Origin: Chitinophaga pinensis
GTDB taxonomy: Bacteria > Bacteroidota > Bacteroidia > Chitinophagales > CAIOSU01
Reading direction: 5' to 3'
DNA length: 64,000 nt
NCBI GenBank assembly: GCA_945901065.1
Contig: CAMDKI010000006.1
Coordinates: 88,876-152,875 of the forward strand
In this document: positions 26,445-36,064 of the stretch, one piece after another
Numbering within the stretch: the stretch's first letter is position 1
How the letters are laid out: the number at the start of each line of letters is the position of its first letter
Notes under the pieces: model-generated
What the model saw: only the letters and a program-made list of their open reading frames with translations
What the model was told of the DNA's origin: nothing
Databases searched by the model: none
Translations under genes and position numbers: made by a program

Positions 26445-28361
26445 ATGATACCCCAGCTACCTTGTTTTCGCGCAGCAATGCTCGCAATGCTTTTATTTAT
26501 AACCCTTCCAACTTTTGCCTTTCTACCAGGCGATAAAAACACCCCAGAAAAAGTAAGCAAGGTGGGTGTTTACCAAGGTTATACCGAGGCTGCTTATAAT
26601 GGCTTTAGCTATAGTTCGCTTTACCTGCCCATGCGCGATAGCGTGCAAATTGCCACCGACATTTTCTTGCCGAAGGGATTGAAAGACGGAGAAAAAATAC
26701 CTACTATATTATACATTACCCGCTATGGACGGTCGTTAAAAGCCAAATGGCCGATGAGTTGGCTTAAAAACCCGATACTAGTAGTAGTGGATGAAAAAGA
26801 AGTACAATATTTCACATCACATGGCTATGCGGTATTGATAGTGGATGCCCGTGGCACCGGAGCCTCCAGCAGCCGCCGCACCATGGAGTTTAGCCCCGAA
26901 GAAGTGGCCGATGGTGGAGAAATTGTGGATTGGATCATATCTCAACCTTGGAGCAACGGTAAGGTAGGCACGTCGGGCATATCGTATGGCGCCACCACCG
27001 CCGAACAACTGCTATTTAATCAGCACCCTGCTGTGAAGGCCTGCATACCTCGCTCAGGTATATTCGATTTGTATAACCACCTGATGTTCCCTGGTGGGGT
27101 GCGCCAAGCACAGTTTATCGATATTTGGGGTTACACCACCCGCTCGCTTGACCAAAACAACCTGAGTGTATTCGGCAAAAAAGCCAAGCGATTGATTAAG
27201 GGTATTCAACCTGTACAAGGAGATAAGGGCGGAAAAATACAGAAGCACAATATTGAGGTGCACAAAGGCAATTTTGATGTGTATGAAGGTATATATGGGG
27301 TAGTTTGCCGCGAAGACAAACACCCTGAAATGCTGCGCAGCAGTGATGTATACAGCAACCACTGCAATGCCGATAGAATTGGCAGCTGCGGTGCGGGCAT
27401 TTACCGCATGGGTGGTTGGTATGATGGCGGATTGGCTAAATCGTTGATAGAAGGTTTTTGGAACACCCCCAATACGGAGAAAGTTTTGATAGGCCCGTGG
27501 GACCATGGCCCAGCAGACAACGCAAGCCCCTTCTCACCTACTACCGACCTTGAATTTGATATTTATGCCGAAATGCTGCGCTACTTTGATTACCACTTGA
27601 AGGGCATCGAAAATGAAGTATTGAACGACGATAAACTATACTACTACGTGGTTGGGGCTGAAACTTGGAAGAGCACTAATGTATGGCCACCGGCTTATGT
27701 GGAAGACCAACCGCTATACTTATCCGCTAACAACACCTTGGTTAGCCAAGCTGGTGAAATGCAAACCGGTACAAACATATACCCTATCAACTTTGAAGCA
27801 AACACCGATAGCCATAGCCGCTGGAACAGTGTAACCGCCCTATACAAGCACGGCCCTACCACTTACGGAAATAGAAAGGATGCTAGTGCTGCATTGTTGC
27901 ATTATGATTTTGCCCCCTTTACAGCCGACGTGGAAATGACTGGTAGTCCAATTGCCCACCTATTTGTAAGCGCCAACAACAAAAACGCGGATGTGTTTGT
28001 GTACATTGAAGATGTACACCCCGATGGCACGGTTTATATGGTAACCGAAGGCATGCTGCGTGGCGTACACCGTAAGGTGTCAGAAGATACCGATAAATAC
28101 AAACAAATTGGCCCCTACCATAGCTATGCAAGGGAAGATATGGAATACTTAGCCCCTGGCGAGGTTACCGAGTTTGCTTTGGATTTATTGCCAATTGCCT
28201 ACCAATTTAAGAAAGGACACCAGTTACGTATCTCTATTGCAGGTACCGATAACCTACATTTCGATTTGCCGAAAGAAGATGTATCTACTGAGCTACAATT
28301 GCACTGCTCGCCGCAATACCCATCAAGGATTGTGTTGCCGCTAACTAAAGGCAGCTTGTAA
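26445..28361 (+). CDS. CocE/NonD family hydrolase (X-Pro dipeptidyl-peptidase S15-like)
   Basis: It has a signal peptide, the nucleophile elbow GISYGA and a C-terminal jelly-roll region; 638 aa. Confidence 0.85.
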   Translation: MIPQLPCFRAAMLAMLLFITLPTFAFLPGDKNTPEKVSKVGVYQGYTEAAYNGFSYSSLYLPMRDSVQIATDIFLPKGLKDGEKIPTILYITRYGRSLKAKWPMSWLKNPILVVVDEKEVQYFTSHGYAVLIVDARGTGASSSRRTMEFSPEEVADGGEIVDWIISQPWSNGKVGTSGISYGATTAEQLLFNQHPAVKACIPRSGIFDLYNHLMFPGGVRQAQFIDIWGYTTRSLDQNNLSVFGKKAKRLIKGIQPVQGDKGGKIQKHNIEVHKGNFDVYEGIYGVVCREDKHPEMLRSSDVYSNHCNADRIGSCGAGIYRMGGWYDGGLAKSLIEGFWNTPNTEKVLIGPWDHGPADNASPFSPTTDLEFDIYAEMLRYFDYHLKGIENEVLNDDKLYYYVVGAETWKSTNVWPPAYVEDQPLYLSANNTLVSQAGEMQTGTNIYPINFEANTDSHSRWNSVTALYKHGPTTYGNRKDASAALLHYDFAPFTADVEMTGSPIAHLFVSANNKNADVFVYIEDVHPDGTVYMVTEGMLRGVHRKVSEDTDKYKQIGPYHSYAREDMEYLAPGEVTEFALDLLPIAYQFKKGHQLRISIAGTDNLHFDLPKEDVSTELQLHCSPQYPSRIVLPLTKGSL

Positions 28362-28566
28362 TAATCAGCTGTAAGTTGAACAACTTATTAAATGCACTGA
28401 TGAACTTATGGCATTGGTGTATTCACTTAATCACCATTAAGGGTACAAATATTGCCTTTTAACCTTAGTATTTATTTTACTTTACAAACATCTTTACTGC
28501 ATAAATCAACGCATGATATACGCCGCTAATTAAGAAGTATTTGGGCAAAGGAAGTTAACTTTTAAA

Positions 28567-29151
28567 TTACTGAACCTCATTAAAAGTCGCACCAGCAGCT
28601 AATGTTTTGGCATAAAACGAGCAACCGGTATGATGCGCACCAGGCAAATAGCCTGTGCTCATTAAAAATTCATTTACTATTTCGCCGCCCGTAAATTTGA
28701 AGGTCTTTTTGAAGATTTTCACCCATTCGGCTTTGGTTTTGGGATGGTGGTGCTCAATCCATTTTTTGAATGAGCCGTGCTCGGTTTGCAGCCCTTGTAT
28801 CATTTGGGCATTGTGTATAGCAGCATTTATTTTCAATCGGTTGCGGATGATACCCGCATCGCCCATTAAGCGATTGAAATCTGCCTCGCCATAAGCTGCT
28901 ACCTTATCAATATTAAACCCATCATAAGCCTTGCGGAAGTTATCTTGCTTTAGCAAAATGGTATTCCAACTTAGGCCTGCTTGGTTAATCTCTAATATCA
29001 ATCGACCAAATAGCTCATTATCATCTTCAATAGGGAAGCCGTATTGGGTGTCGTGGTATACAACATGTACGTTTTGAGGTTGGCTATCACGGATGCTATC
29101 CACGTAATGGCAGTATGTTTTAGGTGGTGGGTTCATTGGATAAATTTTCAA
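28567..29151 (-). CDS. tag: DNA-3-methyladenine glycosylase I
   Basis: Contains YHDTQYGFP...ELFGRLILEINQAGLSWNTIL; 194 aa. Confidence 0.9.
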   Translation of the reverse strand: MKIYPMNPPPKTYCHYVDSIRDSQPQNVHVVYHDTQYGFPIEDDNELFGRLILEINQAGLSWNTILLKQDNFRKAYDGFNIDKVAAYGEADFNRLMGDAGIIRNRLKINAAIHNAQMIQGLQTEHGSFKKWIEHHHPKTKAEWVKIFKKTFKFTGGEIVNEFLMSTGYLPGAHHTGCSFYAKTLAAGATFNEVQ

Positions 29152-29172
29152 TCGGGAATCGCAAATCGCACC

Positions 29173-29730
29173 TCATACCAACCCCTGCATACTTTTTAAA
29201 TGATGCCTATTGTGATATAGGGTAAAATAAGCCAGCTCTCGCAAGGTAAGTTTGCCCAGCAAAGGGTGTTTTACCTGCAAAGTATCCAATTCCTTTTCGG
29301 TTTTGGTGGCAGCGGCAGCTAGGTAGTTTTCACCGGCCTTATTAAACGATACTATAAGTCGCTCTTTATCCACGGTACCATTCGTTTTGGGTTCATACTC
29401 CGCTGGAGCTTTGGCTCCGTTATTCAAGTGGGCTTGGTATGCCGCTACTATCTCTTCATAGCTTCGCGATACGCCGCTAGCCCGCTTGCCATATAGCAAG
29501 CCAACGGCAAAGCCTGGCACTTTGTACGCCACCGTGGTCGATTTTTGGGAAATAACCAGATGCAACGCTTGCTGCGCACAGCTCCACTTACCAGTAGGGG
29601 CCTTCAATAAGTCAGCATCGGTTTTATTGGCCAGCAACTTACTTATATCGGTAAGTACGGCTTTGGTTTGGGCTAAGGTTTCGTTTATATACACGGCGGC
29701 AGATGTTAGATTTGAAATATCAGATAACAA
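29173..29730 (-). CDS. DinB-family (four-helix bundle, metal-dependent) protein
   Basis: The C-terminal motif YFTLYHNRHHLKSM is typical of DinB_2 proteins; 185 aa. Confidence 0.75.
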   Translation of the reverse strand: MLSDISNLTSAAVYINETLAQTKAVLTDISKLLANKTDADLLKAPTGKWSCAQQALHLVISQKSTTVAYKVPGFAVGLLYGKRASGVSRSYEEIVAAYQAHLNNGAKAPAEYEPKTNGTVDKERLIVSFNKAGENYLAAAATKTEKELDTLQVKHPLLGKLTLRELAYFTLYHNRHHLKSMQGLV

Positions 29731-29810
29731 ACTGAAAAATACAAAAAATACCGTTCGGTTTATTCATTTCCAATCCACTATTTCATATCCAACATCTCCA
29801 ATTTTAAAAA

Positions 29811-29852
29811 GTCTTGTGTCTTGTGTCTTATGTCTTATGTCTTGTGTCTCAC
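29811..29852. repeat. Six tandem heptamers: GTCTTGT GTCTTGT GTCTTAT GTCTTAT GTCTTGT GTCTCAC
   Basis: Read directly from the sequence. The array ends 3 nt before the ATG at 29856. Confidence 0.9.
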
Positions 29853-29855
29853 AAA

Positions 29856-30413
29856 ATGGCTATCTTTAGCATTGCTTTGAAAACCTTTTTGGCCATACTG
29901 CTCATGCTCACTTTTTTGCTTCCCTTTGTGGGGCGGTATGCCAGTATTGAGTATCAAACCTATAAAACCAAAAAAGAGGTAAAACATAAGCTCTTAGCTG
30001 GCATTGATTGCAAAGAGCTGGTATCATTAACCATATCGAAACAAGACGCAGCCGATAAACTAAACTGGCACCACAGCAAGGAATTTGGCTACCAAGGCGA
30101 AATGTACGATATCGTTTTCACCGATACGATTAGCACCGATAGCTTGAAGTATTGGTTGTATTGGGATAACAAAGAGACCCACCTTAACCAGCAATTGGCG
30201 GTATTAGTGGCCAACGCTTTGGGTCATGACCCTACCCAAAAAGAGCAGAGCAGTATGTTCAATCAATTTACCAAGGATATTTACTGTATCGATATTTCCA
30301 CCCTACAACAACCGTTGCCTACCAGCAGCGTGTTAAGATATTCCCTAGCAGGGGCATCTCTAAACCAGCCAGCAATACCGCTGGCCCCTCCACCAGAATT
30401 TATGAGAGCGTAA
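29856..30413 (+). CDS. Hypothetical membrane-anchored protein upstream of a TonB-dependent receptor
   Basis: The ATG at 29856 gives an N-terminal TM helix (MAIFSIALKTFLAILLMLTFLLPFVG). The ORF-track start at 29814 is a TTG inside the heptamer array. Confidence 0.65.
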   Translation: MAIFSIALKTFLAILLMLTFLLPFVGRYASIEYQTYKTKKEVKHKLLAGIDCKELVSLTISKQDAADKLNWHHSKEFGYQGEMYDIVFTDTISTDSLKYWLYWDNKETHLNQQLAVLVANALGHDPTQKEQSSMFNQFTKDIYCIDISTLQQPLPTSSVLRYSLAGASLNQPAIPLAPPPEFMRA

Positions 30414-30521
30414 TTTTTCGCGCAATTGAAGCATCATTGTCCGCACCTAAATACGGTGTGTTGGCAATCTATTCCGCTTCGTCGCAAAAACCTTTTTCGT
30501 TTTCTCATAAAACCAATCTGC

Positions 30522-32924
30522 ATGAATAAAATTTGTGCTTTGGTACCATTGCTAATGGTACCAATACTGTTTTTTGCACAAACCCTGACTTTGAAAGACC
30601 AGGAAACGCTTCAGCCGCTAGAAGCGGTTACGCTGAGCAGCAGCAAGCCAGATGTCTTTGCTACCACCAACCAACAAGGCCAAGTAGATGTAATCGCATT
30701 TGTAGGTGCCGATTCTATTATCGTTCGTTCGTTGGGGTATGCCGTTCAGGTATTGAGCTACAAAGAGCTTACCAAATCGGAGAGCCTGTTTCTGTTGGCT
30801 ACCGACGTGGCTATTGACCGGGTAGTGGTTACCGCATCGCGATGGCAACAAACCCAACGCGACGTGCCCAACAAAGTAACCGTTATTGGTAGTAAAACCA
30901 CTGCGCTGCAACAGCCCCAAACCACAGCCGATTTGTTGGCATTGAGCGGTGAAGTGTTTATACAAAAAAGCCAATATGGCGGTGGTAGCCCCATGATACG
31001 GGGCTTTGCCACCAACCGATTACTCATCACCATAGACGGGGTGCGCATGAACACGGCCATTTTCCGCAGCGGTAACGTGCAGAACCTAATTTCACTAGAT
31101 GCTTTTGCCACTGAGCGCACCGAGGTGCTTTTTGGCCCAGGCTCGGTAAATTATGGCAGCGATGCTATTGCCGGTGTAATGAGTTTTTACACGCTTACCC
31201 CTAAACTATCCACCACCGATAATCCATTGGTAACGGGTGGTGCAACAGCCCGTTACTCATCGGCAGCCAACGAAATGACAGGCCACTTTGACATAGGCGT
31301 GGGTTGGAAAAAGTTTGCCATGCTCACCAGCTTCACGTATTCAAACTTTGGCGACCTACGCATGGGCAGCCATGGCCCCGACGAATACTTGCGCAATGAG
31401 TATGTAGTGCGTTTGGATAGCGTGGACCGTGTGATTACCAATGACGACCCAATGGTGCAGCGCAAAACGGGCTACAGCCAGATAAACCTGTTACAAAAAC
31501 TGCGCTACAAGCCTAGCGATAAATGGGAATTGGGCTATACTTTTCAATACAGCACTACCAGCAACTTCAACCGCTACGACCGCCTTCTGCGCTACCGCAA
31601 TGGCTTGCCACGCAGCGCTGAGTGGTACTATGGCCCTCAAGAGTGGATGATGAACCTGCTTAATGTAACCCACACGGGCAACAATGCCGCTTATGACCAA
31701 ATGACCATTCGCCTAGCACACCAGCGCTTTGCCGAAAGCCGCCACGATAGGGATTTTAACAAACCAACTTTATTTAATAGGTATGAAGAGGTGATAGCGC
31801 TATCGGCCAATATTGATTTTGCGAAATCCATTGGACAAAAGCAAAAGTTATTCTATGGTGTTGAAGGCATATTTAACGATGTAACCTCTACCGGAACAGA
31901 TGAAAACATTGCTACTGGAGATGTTGCAAATGGCCCTGCCCGATACCCTAGGAGCACCTGGCAGAGCTATGCTGTTTATGCAAACTACCAGTACAAGCCT
32001 GTACAAAAACTGACCTTGGCCGCTGGGGTGCGATACAACCATTATATATTGGATGCTAAGTTTGATACCACGTTTTATCCTTTTCCCTTCACTACCGCCA
32101 ACATAAGCAAAGGCGCGATATCAGGTAGCGTGGGTGCGGTGTATAACCCAACCCCTAAATGGTCCGTGAGCCTTAACTTTTCAACCGGTTTTCGCTCGCC
32201 GAATGTGGATGACCTAGGCAAGGTATTCGATTCTGAGCCAGGCTCAGTGGTGGTTCCTAACCCTGATTTAAACACCGAGTATGCTTACAACTTTGAGGTG
32301 GGTGGTGCCAAAGTATTTGGCGATTTTTTGGAGGTAGATGCCACGGCTTTTTACACCATTTTGGACAATGCCTTGGTGCGCCGCGATTACACCCTAAACG
32401 GCCTGGATAGCATTGTGTATGCTGGCGAATTGAGCCAAGTGCAAGCGGTGCAAAATGCAGCTTATGCTACCGTTTATGGCGTGCAAGCCGGCTTTAGGCT
32501 TAAATTGCCGAAAGGGTTCGGATTGAGTAGCCGTATCAATTGGCAGAAAGGTAAAGAAGAACTGGACAACGGCGATGTGGCCCCACTGCGCCACGCGGCC
32601 CCATTATTCGGTATTACGCACGTTACCTTTACCGCCAAGCGCGTAAATATCGACCTATATGCCATGTACAATAGTGAGGTAAGTTTTGCCGATATGGCCC
32701 CCGAAGAGCAGGGCAAGGATTACATATATGCTATGGACAAGGATGGTAACCCATACTCGCCAGCTTGGTACACACTCAACTTTAAGGTCAGCTATCAAAT
32801 CACCGATTATTTGGGCGTAACGGCAGGCGTTGAAAACCTAACCGATGTGCGCTACCGCCCCTACAGCTCAGGTTTAGTGGCAGCAGGTAGAAATTTCATC
32901 TTGTCGCTTCGGGCTAATTTCTAG
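30522..32924 (+). CDS. TonB-dependent outer-membrane receptor with an N-terminal CarboxypepD_reg-like domain
   Basis: Start at the ATG at 30522 (MNKICALVPLLMVPILFFAQ signal peptide). It has a plug domain (VVVTASRWQQTQRDVPNKVTVI), a beta-barrel and a terminal aromatic residue (SLRANF). Confidence 0.9.
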   Translation: MNKICALVPLLMVPILFFAQTLTLKDQETLQPLEAVTLSSSKPDVFATTNQQGQVDVIAFVGADSIIVRSLGYAVQVLSYKELTKSESLFLLATDVAIDRVVVTASRWQQTQRDVPNKVTVIGSKTTALQQPQTTADLLALSGEVFIQKSQYGGGSPMIRGFATNRLLITIDGVRMNTAIFRSGNVQNLISLDAFATERTEVLFGPGSVNYGSDAIAGVMSFYTLTPKLSTTDNPLVTGGATARYSSAANEMTGHFDIGVGWKKFAMLTSFTYSNFGDLRMGSHGPDEYLRNEYVVRLDSVDRVITNDDPMVQRKTGYSQINLLQKLRYKPSDKWELGYTFQYSTTSNFNRYDRLLRYRNGLPRSAEWYYGPQEWMMNLLNVTHTGNNAAYDQMTIRLAHQRFAESRHDRDFNKPTLFNRYEEVIALSANIDFAKSIGQKQKLFYGVEGIFNDVTSTGTDENIATGDVANGPARYPRSTWQSYAVYANYQYKPVQKLTLAAGVRYNHYILDAKFDTTFYPFPFTTANISKGAISGSVGAVYNPTPKWSVSLNFSTGFRSPNVDDLGKVFDSEPGSVVVPNPDLNTEYAYNFEVGGAKVFGDFLEVDATAFYTILDNALVRRDYTLNGLDSIVYAGELSQVQAVQNAAYATVYGVQAGFRLKLPKGFGLSSRINWQKGKEELDNGDVAPLRHAAPLFGITHVTFTAKRVNIDLYAMYNSEVSFADMAPEEQGKDYIYAMDKDGNPYSPAWYTLNFKVSYQITDYLGVTAGVENLTDVRYRPYSSGLVAAGRNFILSLRANF

Positions 32925-32956
32925 AGCGTAAATTGTTGTACCTTTATTTCTTTTTT

Positions 32957-32990
32957 CCGCCACGGCCTTCGGGTTGTGGCGGTTTTATTT
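32957..32990 (+). terminator. Rho-independent terminator
   Basis: Stem ccgccac (32957-32963) with gtggcgg (32976-32982), followed by ttttatttt. Confidence 0.8.
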
Positions 32991-33046
32991 TGGGCTGTTT
33001 CTGAACCAATTTTCTATTATCTTTGCTACACATCAAGCATCCAACA

Positions 33047-33244
33047 ATGAAATCAAGGCTTATCCTTTTAGCGGCAGTAGTAATGGTAACTGTTTTTGCA
33101 TCATGCAAAAAGGATATTTGCGTAAGTGTGGTTGACCCACAAGGCAACATTTGCTGCGAACGCTGCTTTGATACCCAAGAAGAGTTGGATGTATTCAATG
33201 CTACTTATACCAGCACCACTTGCGCACAGAAGTGTGCAAATTGA
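33047..33244 (+). CDS. Small cysteine-rich lipoprotein (65 aa)
   Basis: Lipobox MKSRLILLAAVVMVTVFASC. The 45-aa mature part contains 6 further Cys (CVSV, CCERC, TTCAQKC). Confidence 0.5.
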   Translation: MKSRLILLAAVVMVTVFASCKKDICVSVVDPQGNICCERCFDTQEELDVFNATYTSTTCAQKCAN

Positions 33245-33259
33245 TAGGGGAAGGCAGTT

Positions 33260-34480
33260 TTATTTAAATGGGTTACGCTGTTTCCAAGGCTCTGTGCGGC
33301 TCAGTATTTTCACCATCGGTGCGATAATCCTGCTTTTCCAACCCGAAACGTGGCGGGTATATAAATACATATCGTGTGGCTTGGCTCCTACCGAGCTCTT
33401 TATCTCCATAGCCGTGCGCCCAAAAACCGATTGCCTAGCACCATGCTCAATACCCCTACGAGCAACCAATAACAGCACATTTAGGTAAAGGTCGTATTGC
33501 TTTTGTGCCTCCCTATCCATACCCATCATACCTGCTACAATTTGGCCGTTGTGCTGATAAAAAGAGATGAACGACAGTAGTTTACCTTCCAACCAAAACC
33601 CATCTATCCAAAACGACTCAGGCATTTGATGCATCAAATACTGCACGTGCTGAAGCCTGAATGTGGCAAGTTTAAAATCAGAAGTGTCAACCACTTCTTG
33701 ATACAGGCGTTCCATTTCTGGCATATGAGCCGCTATCTCATTCACGGTCATTCGGCGAATTTCAATGCCATTCATATCCTTAACAGCCTTGCGCATACGC
33801 ACTCGATACTTAGAGGACATGGCCGAAAGGTATCCGTCAAAGGTTTTCCATTCGGGGTCAATATCCAAAATCATATCGGGCTGCACTTGAAACTGCAAAT
33901 AGCCAGCCTTTTGAAATTCTGGAAATGCACCCAATTTATCGGCAAACACTTCTTTAACCAGTAAACCGCTTACAGGCTTTTTACTTGCTTTGGCCTCTTT
34001 AACCAATTGATTAACAACCAATTGCAACGCCGATACTTCTTCAACGCCTGGCGCTTTTACATCGGTAAAGTACCAACCATACTCACCCGTCATAAAGGTA
34101 TTGCCTAGCACTAACAGTCGCATTTTCATGCGGCTAACTAGGCTGTTTAAAAGCCTTGGCCAAAAGCCTAGTTCCTTCCTACTCTCTTCGGTACCCACAT
34201 TATTACCATCAAACAATATGGTTTGAAAAGTAGCTACACCAGCCAATCGGCCATCTTTGCGAAACACCACATACTTGAAACCCATATTGACGCTGCAACA
34301 GGCTTCAAAAGCAACTAAATAATCATAATTAAGGAAAGTATGCTCTTGGGGTACTATTTGCTGCCACATGGCTTGCGGCACATCGGCAATGCTACTATAT
34401 GTTTGGGTAGTATATGCTGTAGTAGTTGTCAATGCGATGCTCCCCCCGAAGCAATTGGTAATAGTACAGCTATTTTCCAT
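33260..34480 (-). CDS. GNAT-superfamily acyltransferase, FemAB/CelD-like (Acetyltransf_6-type)
   Basis: A 406-aa protein whose overall pattern resembles FemAB-like/BioF2-like acetyltransferase domains. The assignment is from memory of the family only. Confidence 0.55.
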   Translation of the reverse strand: MENSCTITNCFGGSIALTTTTAYTTQTYSSIADVPQAMWQQIVPQEHTFLNYDYLVAFEACCSVNMGFKYVVFRKDGRLAGVATFQTILFDGNNVGTEESRKELGFWPRLLNSLVSRMKMRLLVLGNTFMTGEYGWYFTDVKAPGVEEVSALQLVVNQLVKEAKASKKPVSGLLVKEVFADKLGAFPEFQKAGYLQFQVQPDMILDIDPEWKTFDGYLSAMSSKYRVRMRKAVKDMNGIEIRRMTVNEIAAHMPEMERLYQEVVDTSDFKLATFRLQHVQYLMHQMPESFWIDGFWLEGKLLSFISFYQHNGQIVAGMMGMDREAQKQYDLYLNVLLLVARRGIEHGARQSVFGRTAMEIKSSVGAKPHDMYLYTRHVSGWKSRIIAPMVKILSRTEPWKQRNPFK

Positions 34481-34589
34481 TGAGCGTAATTAATTGCCTT
34501 TACGGAACGGTAAAAATTACCCCTCCCAACACAGGCATTTGCCAAGTATGACGAGTGTCGAGAACAAATATTGCAATTGCGCCTGTGCA

Positions 34590-35960
34590 CTAGTCAAGTA
34601 TTTGGAACTTCCTGAACAGCCATCTGCCTGAATTGGTTTCCACTTTTAGCAAATACAAACCTATTGGCAATTTCTCCACAATGAGCCCATAATCAAAATC
34701 GGGTGAAATAGTTTTTAGTAACAGCTCGCTGCCGCTCAAGCTATATACCCCAATTGCAGTAATAAGATCTGAACATGAAATGTGCATCATTTCCTTTGCA
34801 GGATTTGGGTAAATGTTTAAACCAATATCCAAATCGGTTTCGATAATGAAATTGGGTATAGAATCGTAAATAGTATCAAAACGCACCACCAGCGCTTCGG
34901 GTAAAACGGGGAATGCATTAGTATACCCTGTCAATAAAAACTGGCCAGGCTGGGGTTCGTTAACATTGCGGAGCAACCCATCCCAGCTTTTAGCCCAGGT
35001 AAAATCGCCGTCGGTATTGAGCTTAAACAAATGACTATTGCAGCCTGTTGCCCCATCTAAACAAGCCAAAAAACCAAAGTTTCGGTCTTGCATCTCAAAT
35101 GCTCTAAAATATACCCCTCCTGATTGTATACCCAAGCTCCGCTCCCACTCCAACGCAAAGTTGCTATCAAATTTACGAGCATAGATACTATCGCTGTAGC
35201 TAATGGTAATAAACCCACCATCGTGCGTAAGGTCGAATCCATAACCCGAGCCATTTCCAAGCACCGCACCAAAATGGCTGGTAAGAGAGTCGCCATTGCT
35301 ATCTGTAATTAGCAACCATGGCTGAACTATGCTAGAATCGCGTTTCCAGCCATAAAACCAAAGCTGGCCGTTGGTTTTTTCTTTAACTACAAACAATTCA
35401 TCGTCATCGTTGGGCCCGCCATAGGATTGCTGCCATAATACCTGTCCACCCAAATCAAGCTTTGCGGCAAACGATTGAAAAGAGGTACCAATGCTGCAAA
35501 GCGTTTCTGAGAAAATACCCGTTACTACATAGCCATCGGCTACTTCGGTAGCACTGTAAATCTGGTTATTGCATTCGGGAAAGAAAAGGTGAGCAGTCCA
35601 AATAGTATCCAATTGCTGATTTACTTTGGCAACTACCATAGTATCATAAGCCAAGCCTGCGCGGTTGCCACCAAGGTAAAGGTAGTTTCCATCAGTTGTG
35701 GGCTCAACATAGCCGTTAAAAGGGGTAGCATTGTAAGCATCAATAGAGTCGCCATTAGCATCTAGTAACAGCATGCGGCTTTGCCATCCAGCATTGCAGA
35801 GGTATGCAGTACTTACAAGGTAACCAGTACCCATAGGTAAAATACCATATCCTTCGTCGTAGCAAGCCAAGTCACCAAAAACCTCCCTAAAAACTGTTTG
35901 ACTGTGCGCAGCCTGGCCCCAAACCAGCACTACCATCCACAATAATAGCCGTTGCCACAT
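34590..35960 (-). CDS. Secreted repeat (beta-propeller-like) protein with a T9SS type A C-terminal sorting domain
   Basis: It has a signal peptide. The C-terminus is LNIYPNPAKEMMHIS...LLKVETNSGRWLFRKFQILD. Confidence 0.8.
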   Translation of the reverse strand: MWQRLLLWMVVLVWGQAAHSQTVFREVFGDLACYDEGYGILPMGTGYLVSTAYLCNAGWQSRMLLLDANGDSIDAYNATPFNGYVEPTTDGNYLYLGGNRAGLAYDTMVVAKVNQQLDTIWTAHLFFPECNNQIYSATEVADGYVVTGIFSETLCSIGTSFQSFAAKLDLGGQVLWQQSYGGPNDDDELFVVKEKTNGQLWFYGWKRDSSIVQPWLLITDSNGDSLTSHFGAVLGNGSGYGFDLTHDGGFITISYSDSIYARKFDSNFALEWERSLGIQSGGVYFRAFEMQDRNFGFLACLDGATGCNSHLFKLNTDGDFTWAKSWDGLLRNVNEPQPGQFLLTGYTNAFPVLPEALVVRFDTIYDSIPNFIIETDLDIGLNIYPNPAKEMMHISCSDLITAIGVYSLSGSELLLKTISPDFDYGLIVEKLPIGLYLLKVETNSGRWLFRKFQILD

Positions 35961-35998
35961 ATTGCGCTAAAATAACAAGAATTAGACACATTAAATGA

Positions 35999-36033
35999 TG
36001 TGTAAGGTACGATTTACGAGGTACAATGTAAAG
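35999..36033. repeat. Solo heptamer array (TGTGTAA GGTACGA TTTACGA GGTACAA TGTAAAG), followed at 36045-36062 by a degenerate AAATTAGCACAT box
   Basis: Read directly from the sequence. It is intergenic. Confidence 0.7.
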
Positions 36034-36064
36034 CAACCCTTGGATTAGCAAATTAGCACATCAA

